Notes: generated by a model not told the origin, from the sequence alone. DNA of 40,193 nt from a virus (IMGVR_UViG_2671180415_000005), one strand, 5' to 3'; positions 18,116 to 28,256 are shown, counted from the first letter of the stretch. Made by a program: numbers and translations.

Positions 18116-18471
18116 GCGCGCGCCTTTTTCGCCTGTCTGGCGTTATTGCCGGTCTTTTTCCGGGGAGCATCCTGTACGGTTTCGGCTTCGGCTAAATCTG
18201 CACCGGTCTCTGCATGAACCACACCCGCCACGGCTCCCGCATCATCACCAGGCGTCTGTAGTATTCGTACAGTGAGGCATGGCTCCGCTTCCAGTCGGGC
18301 AAGCTGCTCCGGGGTGACGTCAACCTGCTGGCGTCCCCGCATGAACAGGAACCCCGCACGACGAAAATGCGTACGACTGCAACGCACTTCTGCCAGTACC
18401 GTGACAGGACTGTCACCACTGACCTGAAGGCCTGAATCATCTGTTGCTGCCACAGTGTGATGTTCATTCAT
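18112..18471 (-). CDS. Hypothetical head protein
   Basis: 119 aa immediately after major head gene. Confidence 0.45.
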   Translation of the reverse strand: MNEHHTVAATDDSGLQVSGDSPVTVLAEVRCSRTHFRRAGFLFMRGRQQVDVTPEQLARLEAEPCLTVRILQTPGDDAGAVAGVVHAETGADLAEAETVQDAPRKKTGNNARQAKKARA

Positions 18472-18514
18472 ATTTGCCCTCCGCAGGGGCCGGGCCGTAA
18501 GCCCGGCTCACCGT

Positions 18515-19462
18515 TTACAGATAATCCGCGACAACCAGCTCCAGCTTGCCCTTCATCTCGTTAGAGACTGTGGCGTTACCGTCTGCGAACAGCTCGCGCT
18601 CCAGCAGCTGCACCGCCTGTTTTTCCAGCGAGGTGGGGACAACAATATGGGTGGGTTTGATGCCGAGTTTGCGGCCACCGTCAGCCTTAAAGTCACGCAT
18701 GGCTGACCAGCCGTGCCACAGCGCATCCAGCGTCAGCGGTGACTGCATCATGTAGGCCATCTGCCAGAAGCCGTAGCCCACATTGCGACGGGCGGAAGCA
18801 CCGAACACAAACTCGTTATCAGTAAACGCACGGCCTTCATCGACTTTTGTCTGGGCAACCAGTTCGGCTTTGCGGCGATCCTGATAAATCAGCGGTTTTA
18901 CCGCGCGGGAGCAGTCAAGCAGATACCAGGCCGGGCCGCTGTAATCCGCCTGTGCACCGACAGAGCCGGTTTTTGCCACAAACATATTGCTGACCATCTG
19001 TGCATCACCGGAGCCATCCACTTTGGGGTAAACAGGGTGTTCGGTATCAAAGAAGTTCTGGCCGTCATAGCAGGCCGCATTCAGACCATCACGCAGTGCA
19101 GCAAAGACCAGTTCATCCGGTTGTGCCGCAGCGGCACGACCCATTTCCTGGAATAACGGGGAGTAGATGCCGAGATTGTCGTCTTCAAAGTCATCGCGGC
19201 TAATGGCAACGGTGCCTTCAAAGGTTTTGTTCACGATGGCGTAGCCATAGGCTTTCATCTTCTCGATGACGCGGGAGCCGATCCACTCACGGAACTGCGG
19301 GAACTGCCCCAGCCAGCCGTAGGTGTTGGATTTCGAGGTGGACGGCACGGTCATCGCAATTTTCTGGTACTGCGACGGAGCCATGGACATCCCGGCCTGA
19401 AAATCAGAACGGTAGCCCGTCATCAGGGCGGTGATCATCGCCGGTGTAATCGGGGTAGGCAT
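18515..19462 (-). CDS. Major head subunit (Mu T-like)
   Basis: 315 aa following protease/scaffold gene; Mu T position. Confidence 0.85.
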   Translation of the reverse strand: MPTPITPAMITALMTGYRSDFQAGMSMAPSQYQKIAMTVPSTSKSNTYGWLGQFPQFREWIGSRVIEKMKAYGYAIVNKTFEGTVAISRDDFEDDNLGIYSPLFQEMGRAAAAQPDELVFAALRDGLNAACYDGQNFFDTEHPVYPKVDGSGDAQMVSNMFVAKTGSVGAQADYSGPAWYLLDCSRAVKPLIYQDRRKAELVAQTKVDEGRAFTDNEFVFGASARRNVGYGFWQMAYMMQSPLTLDALWHGWSAMRDFKADGGRKLGIKPTHIVVPTSLEKQAVQLLERELFADGNATVSNEMKGKLELVVADYL

Positions 19463-20595
19463 TATTGCATTTCCTCTTTCATTTTCAGGAACTCGGCTTC
19501 GGTTTTACCCAACAGACGTGCGGCGGCGATATCTTCAGCCGACAGCACAGCGGTGGCGGTCTTTTTATCCGGCACGGTTACGGTGTCGGTCTGAAGAGTG
19601 GTCAGAGCCGCAACCGGCTGGCGGGCGTCAAGCTGTGCAGAAAGTGCCGCGACGCCAATCTGTTGTCCGAGTCCTTCCATGTATCCGCGTTCGCTTTTGA
19701 AAATGCGTCCTTCGGACTCGGCCTTATCCAGCAACTGCTCCAGCGTGGTGCTGCCGTGTTGTGCCGACAGCGCGGCATATTCGGTACGCAGGGCGTTATA
19801 CGTCTCAACGGGCACATATTTCGTCAGATCAATAGTGCCGCCAGTTGGTGTGCCTTTTGCGGTTTCCAGTTCTGCCGACAGGCTGGCAACCTGCGTTTTC
19901 AGGGTGTCGTGCGCATCCGCACGGGTTTTGATCCCGGTAAGGGCAGACAGCGCCGCCGTGCCCAGTTCCGGTGTAAATTCGTCACCGTCAGCCACGGTCA
20001 GACCGAGCGCCGTCAGCAACTGGCGTAATTGCTCATTCATGGGGGATTGCTCCTGAGAAGGGGAAACGACATAGAGATCATCAGCACTGAGTGCCGCGAC
20101 AGGGTTCATACCCGTAATACCCGGATCATTCGTCAGGGAAGCCATGCGCAACAGGTAGGGTTCCCCGGTGTCAGCGAAATAATGCATATATGCAGACAGA
20201 TAGGCATATTCACGGTCATCAATATGTTTTTGTGCCTGTGGTGTCCATTCAGGTTTAATGAAAATCCCCTGCCCCTCACGCCATTCGATGTTTTCCGGCT
20301 TAACCCATCCTGCAGCAATAGCCTTGAATCCGTTTTTCTGCGCATTCACGGAGTGATGGTCATAATCAATCAGTAACGGCTGATGCAGGGCGGAAAGCCC
20401 GGCTTTCATCCGGTTACAGGCGGATTCGTTAATCAGCCAGCCTTCAGTCGGTTTTTCCGGGCGACCGTCACGGGCCTTTACCCGACCGGCTGGCAGTAAC
20501 TGACACCATCCGTCGCCGGATGCAGTCAGCGAAGCTGAAAGCACGGCTAAACCGGAGGGGCGATTTGCGTCTTTTGGGTGATTTTCTGTCTTCAT
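19462..20595 (-). CDS. Head maturation protease / scaffold (Mu I-like)
   Basis: 377 aa, Ala-rich coiled-coil C-terminal half typical of Mu I scaffold domain. Confidence 0.8.
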   Translation of the reverse strand: MKTENHPKDANRPSGLAVLSASLTASGDGWCQLLPAGRVKARDGRPEKPTEGWLINESACNRMKAGLSALHQPLLIDYDHHSVNAQKNGFKAIAAGWVKPENIEWREGQGIFIKPEWTPQAQKHIDDREYAYLSAYMHYFADTGEPYLLRMASLTNDPGITGMNPVAALSADDLYVVSPSQEQSPMNEQLRQLLTALGLTVADGDEFTPELGTAALSALTGIKTRADAHDTLKTQVASLSAELETAKGTPTGGTIDLTKYVPVETYNALRTEYAALSAQHGSTTLEQLLDKAESEGRIFKSERGYMEGLGQQIGVAALSAQLDARQPVAALTTLQTDTVTVPDKKTATAVLSAEDIAAARLLGKTEAEFLKMKEEMQ

Positions 20596-20772
20596 ACCGG
20601 CAGCATAAGCCGGGTATTTTTGGGGCTGGTTTTGCGGGACTTCAGAAAGTGCTGACAGGGGGGGAATGAGAAAGGCGCTTCACGCAGATTTTAAAGCCCG
20701 TTAAATACAGGTTAGAAAATCACGACACGCGCCTGAAGGGGGTAAGGTAATACGTTTGCATACCTTAAACCA

Positions 20773-21246
20773 TTACGGCGTTTCTGTGGCCTTTTTAAAG
20801 CGTTTTCTGATTTCGTCCATGATCTCCTGTTCTGCCACCTGATCAAAGCCCATATACGGACGTGCGCCAATGGCCGCCGGTCCCGGTGGCATACCAGGCA
20901 GGCCACCCCACTGATGAATGGCTGCATAAGGTTCATTTGATCCAATCAGCGCCCAGGTATCGCCATAATCCGTGGTCAGGCGGCGGGCCAGATCGCCGTT
21001 CAGCGTCAGGATTTTGCCGGGCGTGTATCCCTTACGGGTACGCCACTCACGGTAAGGATCTGACCAGTCATGCCAGCGTTCACCATCCGGCTCTTTTTCC
21101 TGCTCAAACGCCATTTCTGACGATGACAGAAGACTCGCCGCCACACTGCGGGCCAGGTCTTTTCCGCCGCCCACAAACTGAAGCCGGGCAAACACTCGCT
21201 GGAGACGCGTAACGTCAACAACGACAGCTGCATCAATGGATGACAT
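20773..21246 (-). CDS. Virion morphogenesis protein (Mu G-like)
   Basis: 157 aa between F-like and I-like genes. Confidence 0.7.
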   Translation of the reverse strand: MSSIDAAVVVDVTRLQRVFARLQFVGGGKDLARSVAASLLSSSEMAFEQEKEPDGERWHDWSDPYREWRTRKGYTPGKILTLNGDLARRLTTDYGDTWALIGSNEPYAAIHQWGGLPGMPPGPAAIGARPYMGFDQVAEQEIMDEIRKRFKKATETP

Positions 21247-21367
21247 ATTGCCTCCGCATAAAGGATGAATATAAAATAAACAGGCGGTCAGTGTACGCTT
21301 AACTGGTAAAGTCGGTGCCTGCCTCCGGGTGGATCATGTATGCGGGTTCGACCCCCGCCACTGACCG

Positions 21368-22699
21368 TTAATCAATTTGTCCTTCCAGCACCTCAAGCAT
21401 TCCGCCCCGGATATCCGATTTCAGCTTATCCATATTGATAACCCGGTAAGCATTCACAATCACATCCAGTTTGTCGGGCTGACGTTTCAGACTGTACGGT
21501 GCATTAACGGCAATCTGCACACTGCCATCCTGATTTTCCACGATATACATCAGATTGTTGTGCCGTTTGTCCCACAGTACCGCTTTTGGCCTTGCCAGCA
21601 TTGCCGGTAAGCGCCCGAAGTCCTCCGGCGTCAGAGCGATGCCGTCATTCTGATGTTTCACACTGTCCGCATGGAGCACATTTTTACCGCTCATCGCCAG
21701 CAGGCGGGCCGGTGGCGTTCCCGTCCGGCTTTCCACTGCCTGCGCAATGCTTTCAGTCATAAAGCCCAGCGTGCGGATATCGTTACCACCTCGCCGGGTC
21801 TGCATGATGTTTTTTGCCCAGATGCGGAACGCCAGCTGCCGCTCCGGGCTGTTGTTCATCTCCTGAACCACCATTTCCCGTAACGCCGGGCTTTTCACCT
21901 CGATCAGTTTGCGGATCAGCGCCTGGTCTGTGCCGAACGCTGCCGAGCCGGGGTTATATGACCAGCCCACATCCGGTGTCATGGTTCTGGCGCCATCTGA
22001 ATATGTGGTCACCGGCATTTCTCTGACTTCTCCGGTCTGTTTATCCACGCCAGCCTCAACATTGCGGGTGGAGAGATGATCCTCACCGGATGAAACGGAT
22101 AACCCCATTGCATCCAGACGGGCCTGAGACAATGGCCGCACACGGCAGCGGCAGTTCCAGCCATTGGGCGGGTAGTGTGTTTTCCAGAACGGATCGTCAT
22201 AGCGGAATACCAGACCGTTAAGGGCGGAATGCGACGGGCGGGTACGGCTGTCCATGACCGCCACATACTGCCAGAACGGATGCGTGTCCGTGTTGTTCAT
22301 CATCTGCGTGTAACGCCCGGCATTGTAAGCCACACGGGTGTTCACGTTGTAAATCAGCGCCAGACGACGGGGACTGCCCTGCTGCACTTCTTCCGCGTTA
22401 CCGTCGCTGTCCACCACAATCTGCTTTCCCCACCATCCCAGCTTTTGCAGGCGTGGCGTCAGTGTGCGGATAAATTCTTTCTGTGAAATCCCCTCATCAA
22501 TGGCCCGCTGCACTTCGGCCTGTAATGTGGTTACCACATCCAGCCGTGCCGTTTTTGCTGCCGTGAATGAGCGGGCATGAACATCCGCGTCTGTTTCGAA
22601 CCAGTTCCAGCTGATATGCGCCCCTTTGGCGCGGAAGTATGCCACCGTCTCTTTTGAGGGAAGCGTGGCGGCATAACCTAAATCAATCCCCTGAGCCAT
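21368..22699 (-). CDS. Head morphogenesis protein (Mu F-like / SPP1 gp7 family)
   Basis: 443 aa directly downstream of portal gene. Confidence 0.8.
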   Translation of the reverse strand: MAQGIDLGYAATLPSKETVAYFRAKGAHISWNWFETDADVHARSFTAAKTARLDVVTTLQAEVQRAIDEGISQKEFIRTLTPRLQKLGWWGKQIVVDSDGNAEEVQQGSPRRLALIYNVNTRVAYNAGRYTQMMNNTDTHPFWQYVAVMDSRTRPSHSALNGLVFRYDDPFWKTHYPPNGWNCRCRVRPLSQARLDAMGLSVSSGEDHLSTRNVEAGVDKQTGEVREMPVTTYSDGARTMTPDVGWSYNPGSAAFGTDQALIRKLIEVKSPALREMVVQEMNNSPERQLAFRIWAKNIMQTRRGGNDIRTLGFMTESIAQAVESRTGTPPARLLAMSGKNVLHADSVKHQNDGIALTPEDFGRLPAMLARPKAVLWDKRHNNLMYIVENQDGSVQIAVNAPYSLKRQPDKLDVIVNAYRVINMDKLKSDIRGGMLEVLEGQID

Positions 22700-24281
22700 C
22701 CAGCATCCCCTTCATTTCCGCAGCAAACATGGCATCACTGAGCAGCGTCATCAGGCGGGAATCATCCATTTCACGGTAAAGGGCAGGCAGGTCTGCCAGT
22801 GCCTCCGCCAGCCCCCGCGTTCTGATGACATCAATGACCGGCTCCAGCACCGGATCGATGGCCTCCTGTAAGCGGCGGGCAGGCACCGCGTCCCCCATGT
22901 CGTCCAGTTCATCACGCGGCGTGTTTTTCGCTTCCGGCAGTCGGGCTGAAAGCGCCGTCTGTTCTGTCTTTTCCTGTTTTTCCGGTAGCGTTTCCCTGTC
23001 AGGCATGGCCGGTTCATTACTGCTCTGACGGACACGGAATATGGCTTCACCGGGCGTGGGCTGTGGAATACCGGTCTGATCCCGTACCCAGGGATCAGGA
23101 ATATCCATCCCCGCACTGAGTTGCATCACCGCACTGGCTATTTTGGTGATATCCCCCGGTTCTTTGGTCTGGAAACAGATACGCGGCAGGCGACGGATAT
23201 CAATGGCGTGGGCGGTGTTCAGGGCATACAGCGGATACACCAGATCGCGGTTCAGGGTTGCAGCCAGCTGGCGTAAATCAGAATCCCTGATTTCCCGGCG
23301 CACCTCGTTATGCACCTCACCCAGCGAGCGCGCGCCTTTGTCTCCGGCTTCTGTGGTCAGCGTGCCGCCGAGTATTGCTTTGGAGATGGAACGCTCACCC
23401 CACGAAATCATGGTTTCAAACGGATCGGCCTGACCGTTCGCTGCCGCCTGAAACTCCAGCGACATCCCGGCCGGGATGATCCCGCCTGTACGTCGCCCGA
23501 TATCCATCACCGCCCGCATCAGGGCACTTTTCTGCTCCGGTGTTGCCCCGGACGGGTATTTCCCGACCTTCATTGGCAGGCCGTACACCTCCAGAAATTC
23601 CGCCAGATCGCGCACGGAATAGTTTTTGAAAATGAACGGCCAGATAAGCGTTCTGACAAGCCCCGTCGCACCACCGTAGCCGGTGCGTGAACGCGACTGA
23701 TGCACTATCCAGCCAAAGGGCTGAAACGCCACCCCGGCATGGCTGCCGTCACGCAGCCGCAGTTCGCTCAAATCATCCGGGTTAAGGCAGAAATGCCCGC
23801 TGTCACGCCATCGGATGGCGCGGATGATGTGCATCTTACCGAGCATCCCGTGCTCAATCTCCATGCAGGAATAGCCCTTCAGGATGGCATCGGTGGCATC
23901 AAATAACATGGCATCAAACCAGTCGGCGGAATGCAGATATTCGTCGAGCATTTCCGCGTCCTTTTTCTCATTCGCGCTGGCGTTCGGTGGCGGCTCAATG
24001 CTCCATGGCACCCCCTGAATGGCAAGACGTCGCTTGCCCAGCTCCGCAAAAAGGTGGGTGTCCTTTTCTTCAATGTCAGCCGCCAGATCGGACTGGGCAA
24101 TCAGATCGCCACGTTCAGCCCCGCGAAGGCACTGCGCCGCCCGGTTCGGGGTGATACCCGAGGCGGGATGCTCAACATAACGGCTGGCAATCTGCGGAAT
24201 ATCCAGCGCGGTACTTTGCATCTCCGGGTCAAAGGAGAAAGGTTTTCCGTCAAGATCAATTATGCGTCCCACTACCAGCAC
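22683..24281 (-). CDS. Portal protein (Mu gp29 / H-like)
   Basis: 532 aa directly downstream of large terminase. Confidence 0.85.
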   Translation of the reverse strand: MLVVGRIIDLDGKPFSFDPEMQSTALDIPQIASRYVEHPASGITPNRAAQCLRGAERGDLIAQSDLAADIEEKDTHLFAELGKRRLAIQGVPWSIEPPPNASANEKKDAEMLDEYLHSADWFDAMLFDATDAILKGYSCMEIEHGMLGKMHIIRAIRWRDSGHFCLNPDDLSELRLRDGSHAGVAFQPFGWIVHQSRSRTGYGGATGLVRTLIWPFIFKNYSVRDLAEFLEVYGLPMKVGKYPSGATPEQKSALMRAVMDIGRRTGGIIPAGMSLEFQAAANGQADPFETMISWGERSISKAILGGTLTTEAGDKGARSLGEVHNEVRREIRDSDLRQLAATLNRDLVYPLYALNTAHAIDIRRLPRICFQTKEPGDITKIASAVMQLSAGMDIPDPWVRDQTGIPQPTPGEAIFRVRQSSNEPAMPDRETLPEKQEKTEQTALSARLPEAKNTPRDELDDMGDAVPARRLQEAIDPVLEPVIDVIRTRGLAEALADLPALYREMDDSRLMTLLSDAMFAAEMKGMLDGSGD

Positions 24282-25936
24282 CCCCGATCAAATTCATGAT
24301 ATGCCTCATCGTCATCACGATAACCGCCCTCCATTGCCCGCGACCGCTCCGGCAGCGCCTGACAGGCTGATTCATCCAGGATGAAACCCTCCATGTATGA
24401 CGCCCGGTTTGCCATACAGAGTGCCACGGCAAAATCACCATGGCGGCGGGCGTTCGCAGCCGTTGCGTTCTGGTCCTTCGTGCGCCCCTTGTCGATTTGC
24501 GGGATACCATTCACCACCTTCACATGGCGCAAATCATCAAGCGTGGTCTGATGGCGGGCGACGAGGATATTCTGATCTTCAAACTCGGCTTTCAGTTTTG
24601 GCATCCACTCGCCGTACCACTTCGGCGACAACATCACGCAGTCGATGATGTCCGGGCCAAAGGCCAGCAGTGCGGCCTCTGCCAGATAGCCGCCGTTACC
24701 GGTGGCGTCGAACGCCGCACCGACCAGCGCCGGAACGCGGGTCAGGATGTACATCATCACCTGTTCCTGCTGGGCATACGGCAGGTTGCGCAGCTCCACG
24801 CGAAACACCTCGCGCTTTGCCAGGAGTTCGGTGATTTCCAGCAGCACAAAGCAGGACAGGTCACCGGTGCGGGCAAAGTCTTCCCCGAAGCTGAAGCGGG
24901 AACGGGGATTTAATTTCTCTGTAAGCGGTTTTAAATGTTCTTCACACCAGGTTAAAACTTCCGATTCACGCAGCCATGCGGCACGGCTGATGAAGTCGTC
25001 CGGGGCTTCAAACGTCAGAATCGGGATGTCACGAATCATCGCCATTTCAATAAGCGCGTGAGGAATATAGGCACCGCCGGATTTTTTCGGGATACAGCCG
25101 TATTCCTCGTCGGCATCCTCACGGGTCGGGGCGTTTTTGTAGAGATCATCACGCCATTTCTGCTCGCTTTCCGGTGACCATTCCTGATCGGTGACGTAAC
25201 AGATACGACGGTACAGCCCGTCCGCAATGGCATCATCCAGGGTTATGCGGTGGACGCTGTAATCCTTGCGCCCCTCGCGGGCTTCCTGAATGTACTGATT
25301 AAACAGATTATCGACGCCGTTATGCGTGGAAATAATGCGCACGCGTGCGCCCCACATGGTAAGCGCCATTGCCGCCTTGAGAAGCTCATCCAGTGACTCG
25401 TGGAACGCGGCTTCATCAATCACCACATCCCCCTGAAGACCGCGCAGGTTTGACGGACGGGAAGACAATGCCTGAATTTTGAATCCACTGTTCGGAAAGC
25501 GGATCATGTAGGTCAGAATTTCTTCTTTTTTATCCCGATCCCAGAATGTCTGCTCATACACATCAGCATCTGCCAGCTGGTTAAAGGCACGGGAGAACAG
25601 CGCGCAGGCAGAAATATATTCCAGCGCCATCTCCTGTTTTGACCCCACATAAAACACATTACGGCCACCACGACGCTTAGGCTTTGCGGCGGTAATGACG
25701 TTACGCCCGGCTTCCGCCCAGGTAAGCCCGGTGCGTCGGGATTTCTCCGCGATGCAGACCTGACTTTCATCTGCAAACCAGCGGGCCTGATAATCCAGAA
25801 ACACCGGCATATCACCGGGCAAATCAAGGCTGTCCGGCACATCCACGCCCAGCAGGGCTTTTTCACCGGACAGATCAATTTTGCGGGGAGGTGTCATTTG
25901 TATCAGTGAAGGAGACTTTTCTTTGGCTTTGTTCAT
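24272..25936 (-). CDS. Terminase large subunit (Mu gp28-like)
   Basis: 554 aa; first gene of head module; acidic nuclease-type C-terminal region. Confidence 0.85.
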   Translation of the reverse strand: MNKAKEKSPSLIQMTPPRKIDLSGEKALLGVDVPDSLDLPGDMPVFLDYQARWFADESQVCIAEKSRRTGLTWAEAGRNVITAAKPKRRGGRNVFYVGSKQEMALEYISACALFSRAFNQLADADVYEQTFWDRDKKEEILTYMIRFPNSGFKIQALSSRPSNLRGLQGDVVIDEAAFHESLDELLKAAMALTMWGARVRIISTHNGVDNLFNQYIQEAREGRKDYSVHRITLDDAIADGLYRRICYVTDQEWSPESEQKWRDDLYKNAPTREDADEEYGCIPKKSGGAYIPHALIEMAMIRDIPILTFEAPDDFISRAAWLRESEVLTWCEEHLKPLTEKLNPRSRFSFGEDFARTGDLSCFVLLEITELLAKREVFRVELRNLPYAQQEQVMMYILTRVPALVGAAFDATGNGGYLAEAALLAFGPDIIDCVMLSPKWYGEWMPKLKAEFEDQNILVARHQTTLDDLRHVKVVNGIPQIDKGRTKDQNATAANARRHGDFAVALCMANRASYMEGFILDESACQALPERSRAMEGGYRDDDEAYHEFDRGCW

Positions 25937-26184
25937 CAGGCTTTACCTGTCAGAATGCTTTTGATTCGGAACTCAAGCTCTTCAGTCATCACGTCCACGC
26001 CACTCAACTCATCAGTGACAGCCCCTGCCAGCAGCGAATGCAGTTGTTCCAGGGATATTTCCCCGGCAATGCTGAGTTCAGTCAACTCACGACACGCTTT
26101 TATGGTTTCAGGAGGTAACTGTGTTGCAAGACTGAATGCCTTCTGATGAGCACTGCTCATCAGTGAGCGGTTATCTGTTACCAC
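25936..26184 (-). CDS. Small protein paralogous to the C-terminus of the upstream gp27-like protein
   Basis: LAGAVTDELSGVDVMTEELEFRIKSILTGKA versus gp27-like ...MANAVTDELRGVDGMSEQIEFRIRQMLLGKA. Confidence 0.5.
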   Translation of the reverse strand: MVTDNRSLMSSAHQKAFSLATQLPPETIKACRELTELSIAGEISLEQLHSLLAGAVTDELSGVDVMTEELEFRIKSILTGKA

Positions 26185-26194
26185 GATTCACCTC

Positions 26195-26776
26195 CTACGC
26201 CTTACCAAGCAGCATCTGCCTGATACGGAATTCTATCTGCTCGCTCATGCCATCCACGCCGCGCAACTCGTCGGTGACGGCGTTCGCCATCTCTTCAGCA
26301 AATGCGGCCCGGATTTCTTTTTCACGCTTAATGCTGCGCTCGGCGGCACTTTCCGCACGCTGTGCCGACAGGAGGATGTCCTTAATAAGGCGCATATCCA
26401 CATCGCTGTCGCTGTTCAGGGATTCGGTGGCGGCACGCAGACGGCGGTACATCAGGGCACGGGACATCTCCAGAATCAGTGCCGTGGTTTCACCGGTCGG
26501 CTTATCCCCCAGTTCGGCCATCATGGCTTTTGTCTGCTCGCGTAAATCACGCAGATTACGGGCAATCAGCTCATTACGGGAGGCTTCCCGGCTGATGGCC
26601 GCCGGTGAAAGCTGCTGCTCTTCCGGCAGGCCTGCCTCACGGATCAGACGGTTGATTTCCTCGCGGATCTGGACCTGCGTCAGGCGTTTTTCACGCAGCA
26701 TTTCCAGCAGCGGCTTACGGATGCTGTCGGGGAGCAAATCCACCTTGCGTACACGGCCACGCGTCGGCTTATCCAT
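26195..26776 (-). CDS. Mu gp27-like protein (candidate terminase small subunit / DNA-binding)
   Basis: 193 aa, N-terminus RVRKVDLLPDSIRKPLLEML matches the conserved gp27-family start; precedes terminase large subunit. Confidence 0.65.
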   Translation of the reverse strand: MDKPTRGRVRKVDLLPDSIRKPLLEMLREKRLTQVQIREEINRLIREAGLPEEQQLSPAAISREASRNELIARNLRDLREQTKAMMAELGDKPTGETTALILEMSRALMYRRLRAATESLNSDSDVDMRLIKDILLSAQRAESAAERSIKREKEIRAAFAEEMANAVTDELRGVDGMSEQIEFRIRQMLLGKA

Positions 26777-26778
26777 CG

Positions 26779-27069
26779 TTACCCCCTTGCGCGTGGTTTC
26801 TTCACACCCGGAACGGTGGCACGACCTTCCGCCACATCCTGACCCCGGCCGGTCAGTTCAGCGATGAAATAACCGTTAACAAGCGTGCGCTTACGCACCA
26901 GTCCCTGCTCAGCAAGCCAGGCAATGTGGGTGTGAACGGTGTCGCGGGACACGCGGTGGCCGTAATCATCCAGGCAGTCCTGAAGCACGGATTCGCCCAG
27001 TTCGCCGTTGTAATCCGCCAGCGACCGCAGAATGACAAGACGCTGATCTTCAGTAATGAAATCACTCAT
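26779..27069 (-). CDS. Hypothetical protein (possible winged-helix DNA-binding)
   Basis: 96 aa, synteny. Confidence 0.45.
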   Translation of the reverse strand: MSDFITEDQRLVILRSLADYNGELGESVLQDCLDDYGHRVSRDTVHTHIAWLAEQGLVRKRTLVNGYFIAELTGRGQDVAEGRATVPGVKKPRARG

Positions 27070-27373
27070 TGTGTTTTTTCCTTACAGCCTGCTCCAGCAG
27101 CAGTTCGTTCTGATGGGAGACGGATTTCAGGGTGGCATTGGTGGCCTTAAGCTCACCGCGCAGGGTGGTGATTTCGATATTGAGTCTGTTCACCTCCTGC
27201 TGCGTGGGCAGGCCGGAAATCCGGCTCTCCACCCGCTCAACCCGGTCGGAGAGTTTTTCAAAGGCCTCGCGGGGGACAAAGGTTTTGCGCATCAGCGCCA
27301 TAAAGATCCCCCCGGCTGTGGCCGTTGCCGACAGGATCGGCACGACATAATCTTTAACGATGCTGACCCACAT
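27062..27373 (-). CDS. Membrane protein with coiled-coil (holin/releasin- or spanin-like)
   Basis: 103 aa; N-terminal hydrophobic segment VVPILSATATAGGIFMALM then charged coiled-coil region; within lysis neighbourhood. Confidence 0.45.
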   Translation of the reverse strand: MWVSIVKDYVVPILSATATAGGIFMALMRKTFVPREAFEKLSDRVERVESRISGLPTQQEVNRLNIEITTLRGELKATNATLKSVSHQNELLLEQAVRKKHNE

Positions 27374-27581
27374 GACCGGCCTCCATGATGTTCTGGCAGT
27401 TCACACAACGGATGGCATCCGGCACGGCAACCAGACGGGCAGCCGGAATGTCACCCCCGCAGTCCGCGCATACACGCCTGCCCGGTGTCTCCGCCACCCG
27501 GCGCTTACGTGTCAGCCGGTCACAAAGGGCGCGTTCTGTTGCACGCTCCATGACTGCCTGAGCACAATCTGAATCATCCAT
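27354..27581 (-). CDS. TraR/DksA-family C4 zinc-finger protein
   Basis: CADCGGDIPAARL...AIRCVNCQ four-Cys motif at C-terminus; start taken at internal Met (MDDSDCAQAVMER). Confidence 0.7.
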   Translation of the reverse strand: MDDSDCAQAVMERATERALCDRLTRKRRVAETPGRRVCADCGGDIPAARLVAVPDAIRCVNCQNIMEAGHVGQHR

Positions 27582-27591
27582 ACCTTTTTCC

Positions 27592-27963
27592 TTACTTCGT
27601 CTTTCCTGCCGGAACAGCAGTCGTTCCGGCCATATCAGTAAATTCATGCTGTCGCTGTGTCTCCAGACGGCGGATGCTGGCCTTGTCCACGTTGCAGTTT
27701 TTAATCACCGCCAGCAGTTGCAGGTTGTAAGTGACCGATGCACCAAACGTGAACGGCTGCGGCGCGGGAGGGACCAGGCAGTCAGCCAGCCATTCAGCGG
27801 GGATCGGCACCGGCTTCACCGGCACGTATTTCACAGACGGCCCGCCGCACCCGGTCAGCCACATCATCAGGCACAGGCACAGCGGCAGCAGGCACCGTTG
27901 CCAGTGACCGGCGGACAATGCTCTGCTGTTCCTCGCTGTGCTGCATGTTCTGCTGTTTTTCAT
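27592..27963 (-). CDS. Candidate o-spanin (outer-membrane lipoprotein), overlapping i-spanin frame; start uncertain
   Basis: Hydrophobic stretch LLPLCLCLMMWLTGC with lipobox LTGC followed by Pro-rich sequence VKYVPVKPVPIP; alternative frame of the adjacent ORF. Confidence 0.4.
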   Translation of the reverse strand: MKNSRTCSTARNSRALSAGHWQRCLLPLCLCLMMWLTGCGGPSVKYVPVKPVPIPAEWLADCLVPPAPQPFTFGASVTYNLQLLAVIKNCNVDKASIRRLETQRQHEFTDMAGTTAVPAGKTK

Positions 27964-28144
27964 TCGTGGCCGCCTTGCTGATTTGTGAAATGAGTTGCAG
28001 GGTGCGTTGCTGGTTTGCCAGCACCAGACGGGCTTCGTCCCGTTCACGCACAAGCACATGATTATTGTCCTCAAGGCGCTGCGTCTTCTGGTGCATTCCC
28101 CATACCACGGCAGCCAGCACGCTCATCACCCCCAGCGCCGCCAT
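27794..28144 (-). CDS. Candidate i-spanin (N-terminal TM plus coiled coil); start uncertain (ORF open to 28315)
   Basis: MAALGVMSVLAAVVWGM TM segment then Gln/Arg-rich coiled-coil region; directly downstream of endolysin. Confidence 0.45.
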   Translation of the reverse strand: MAALGVMSVLAAVVWGMHQKTQRLEDNNHVLVRERDEARLVLANQQRTLQLISQISKAATNEKQQNMQHSEEQQSIVRRSLATVPAAAVPVPDDVADRVRRAVCEIRAGEAGADPR

Positions 28145-28256
28145 ACAGCCTCCGGCAATCAGGGCCGGTAAGGGATTGTTCACCGCAGACACAGCACACC
28201 CCGCAGCAGCACAACGGCACACAGCAGCGCAATCATGAGCGGTCGCCAGAAGCGGT

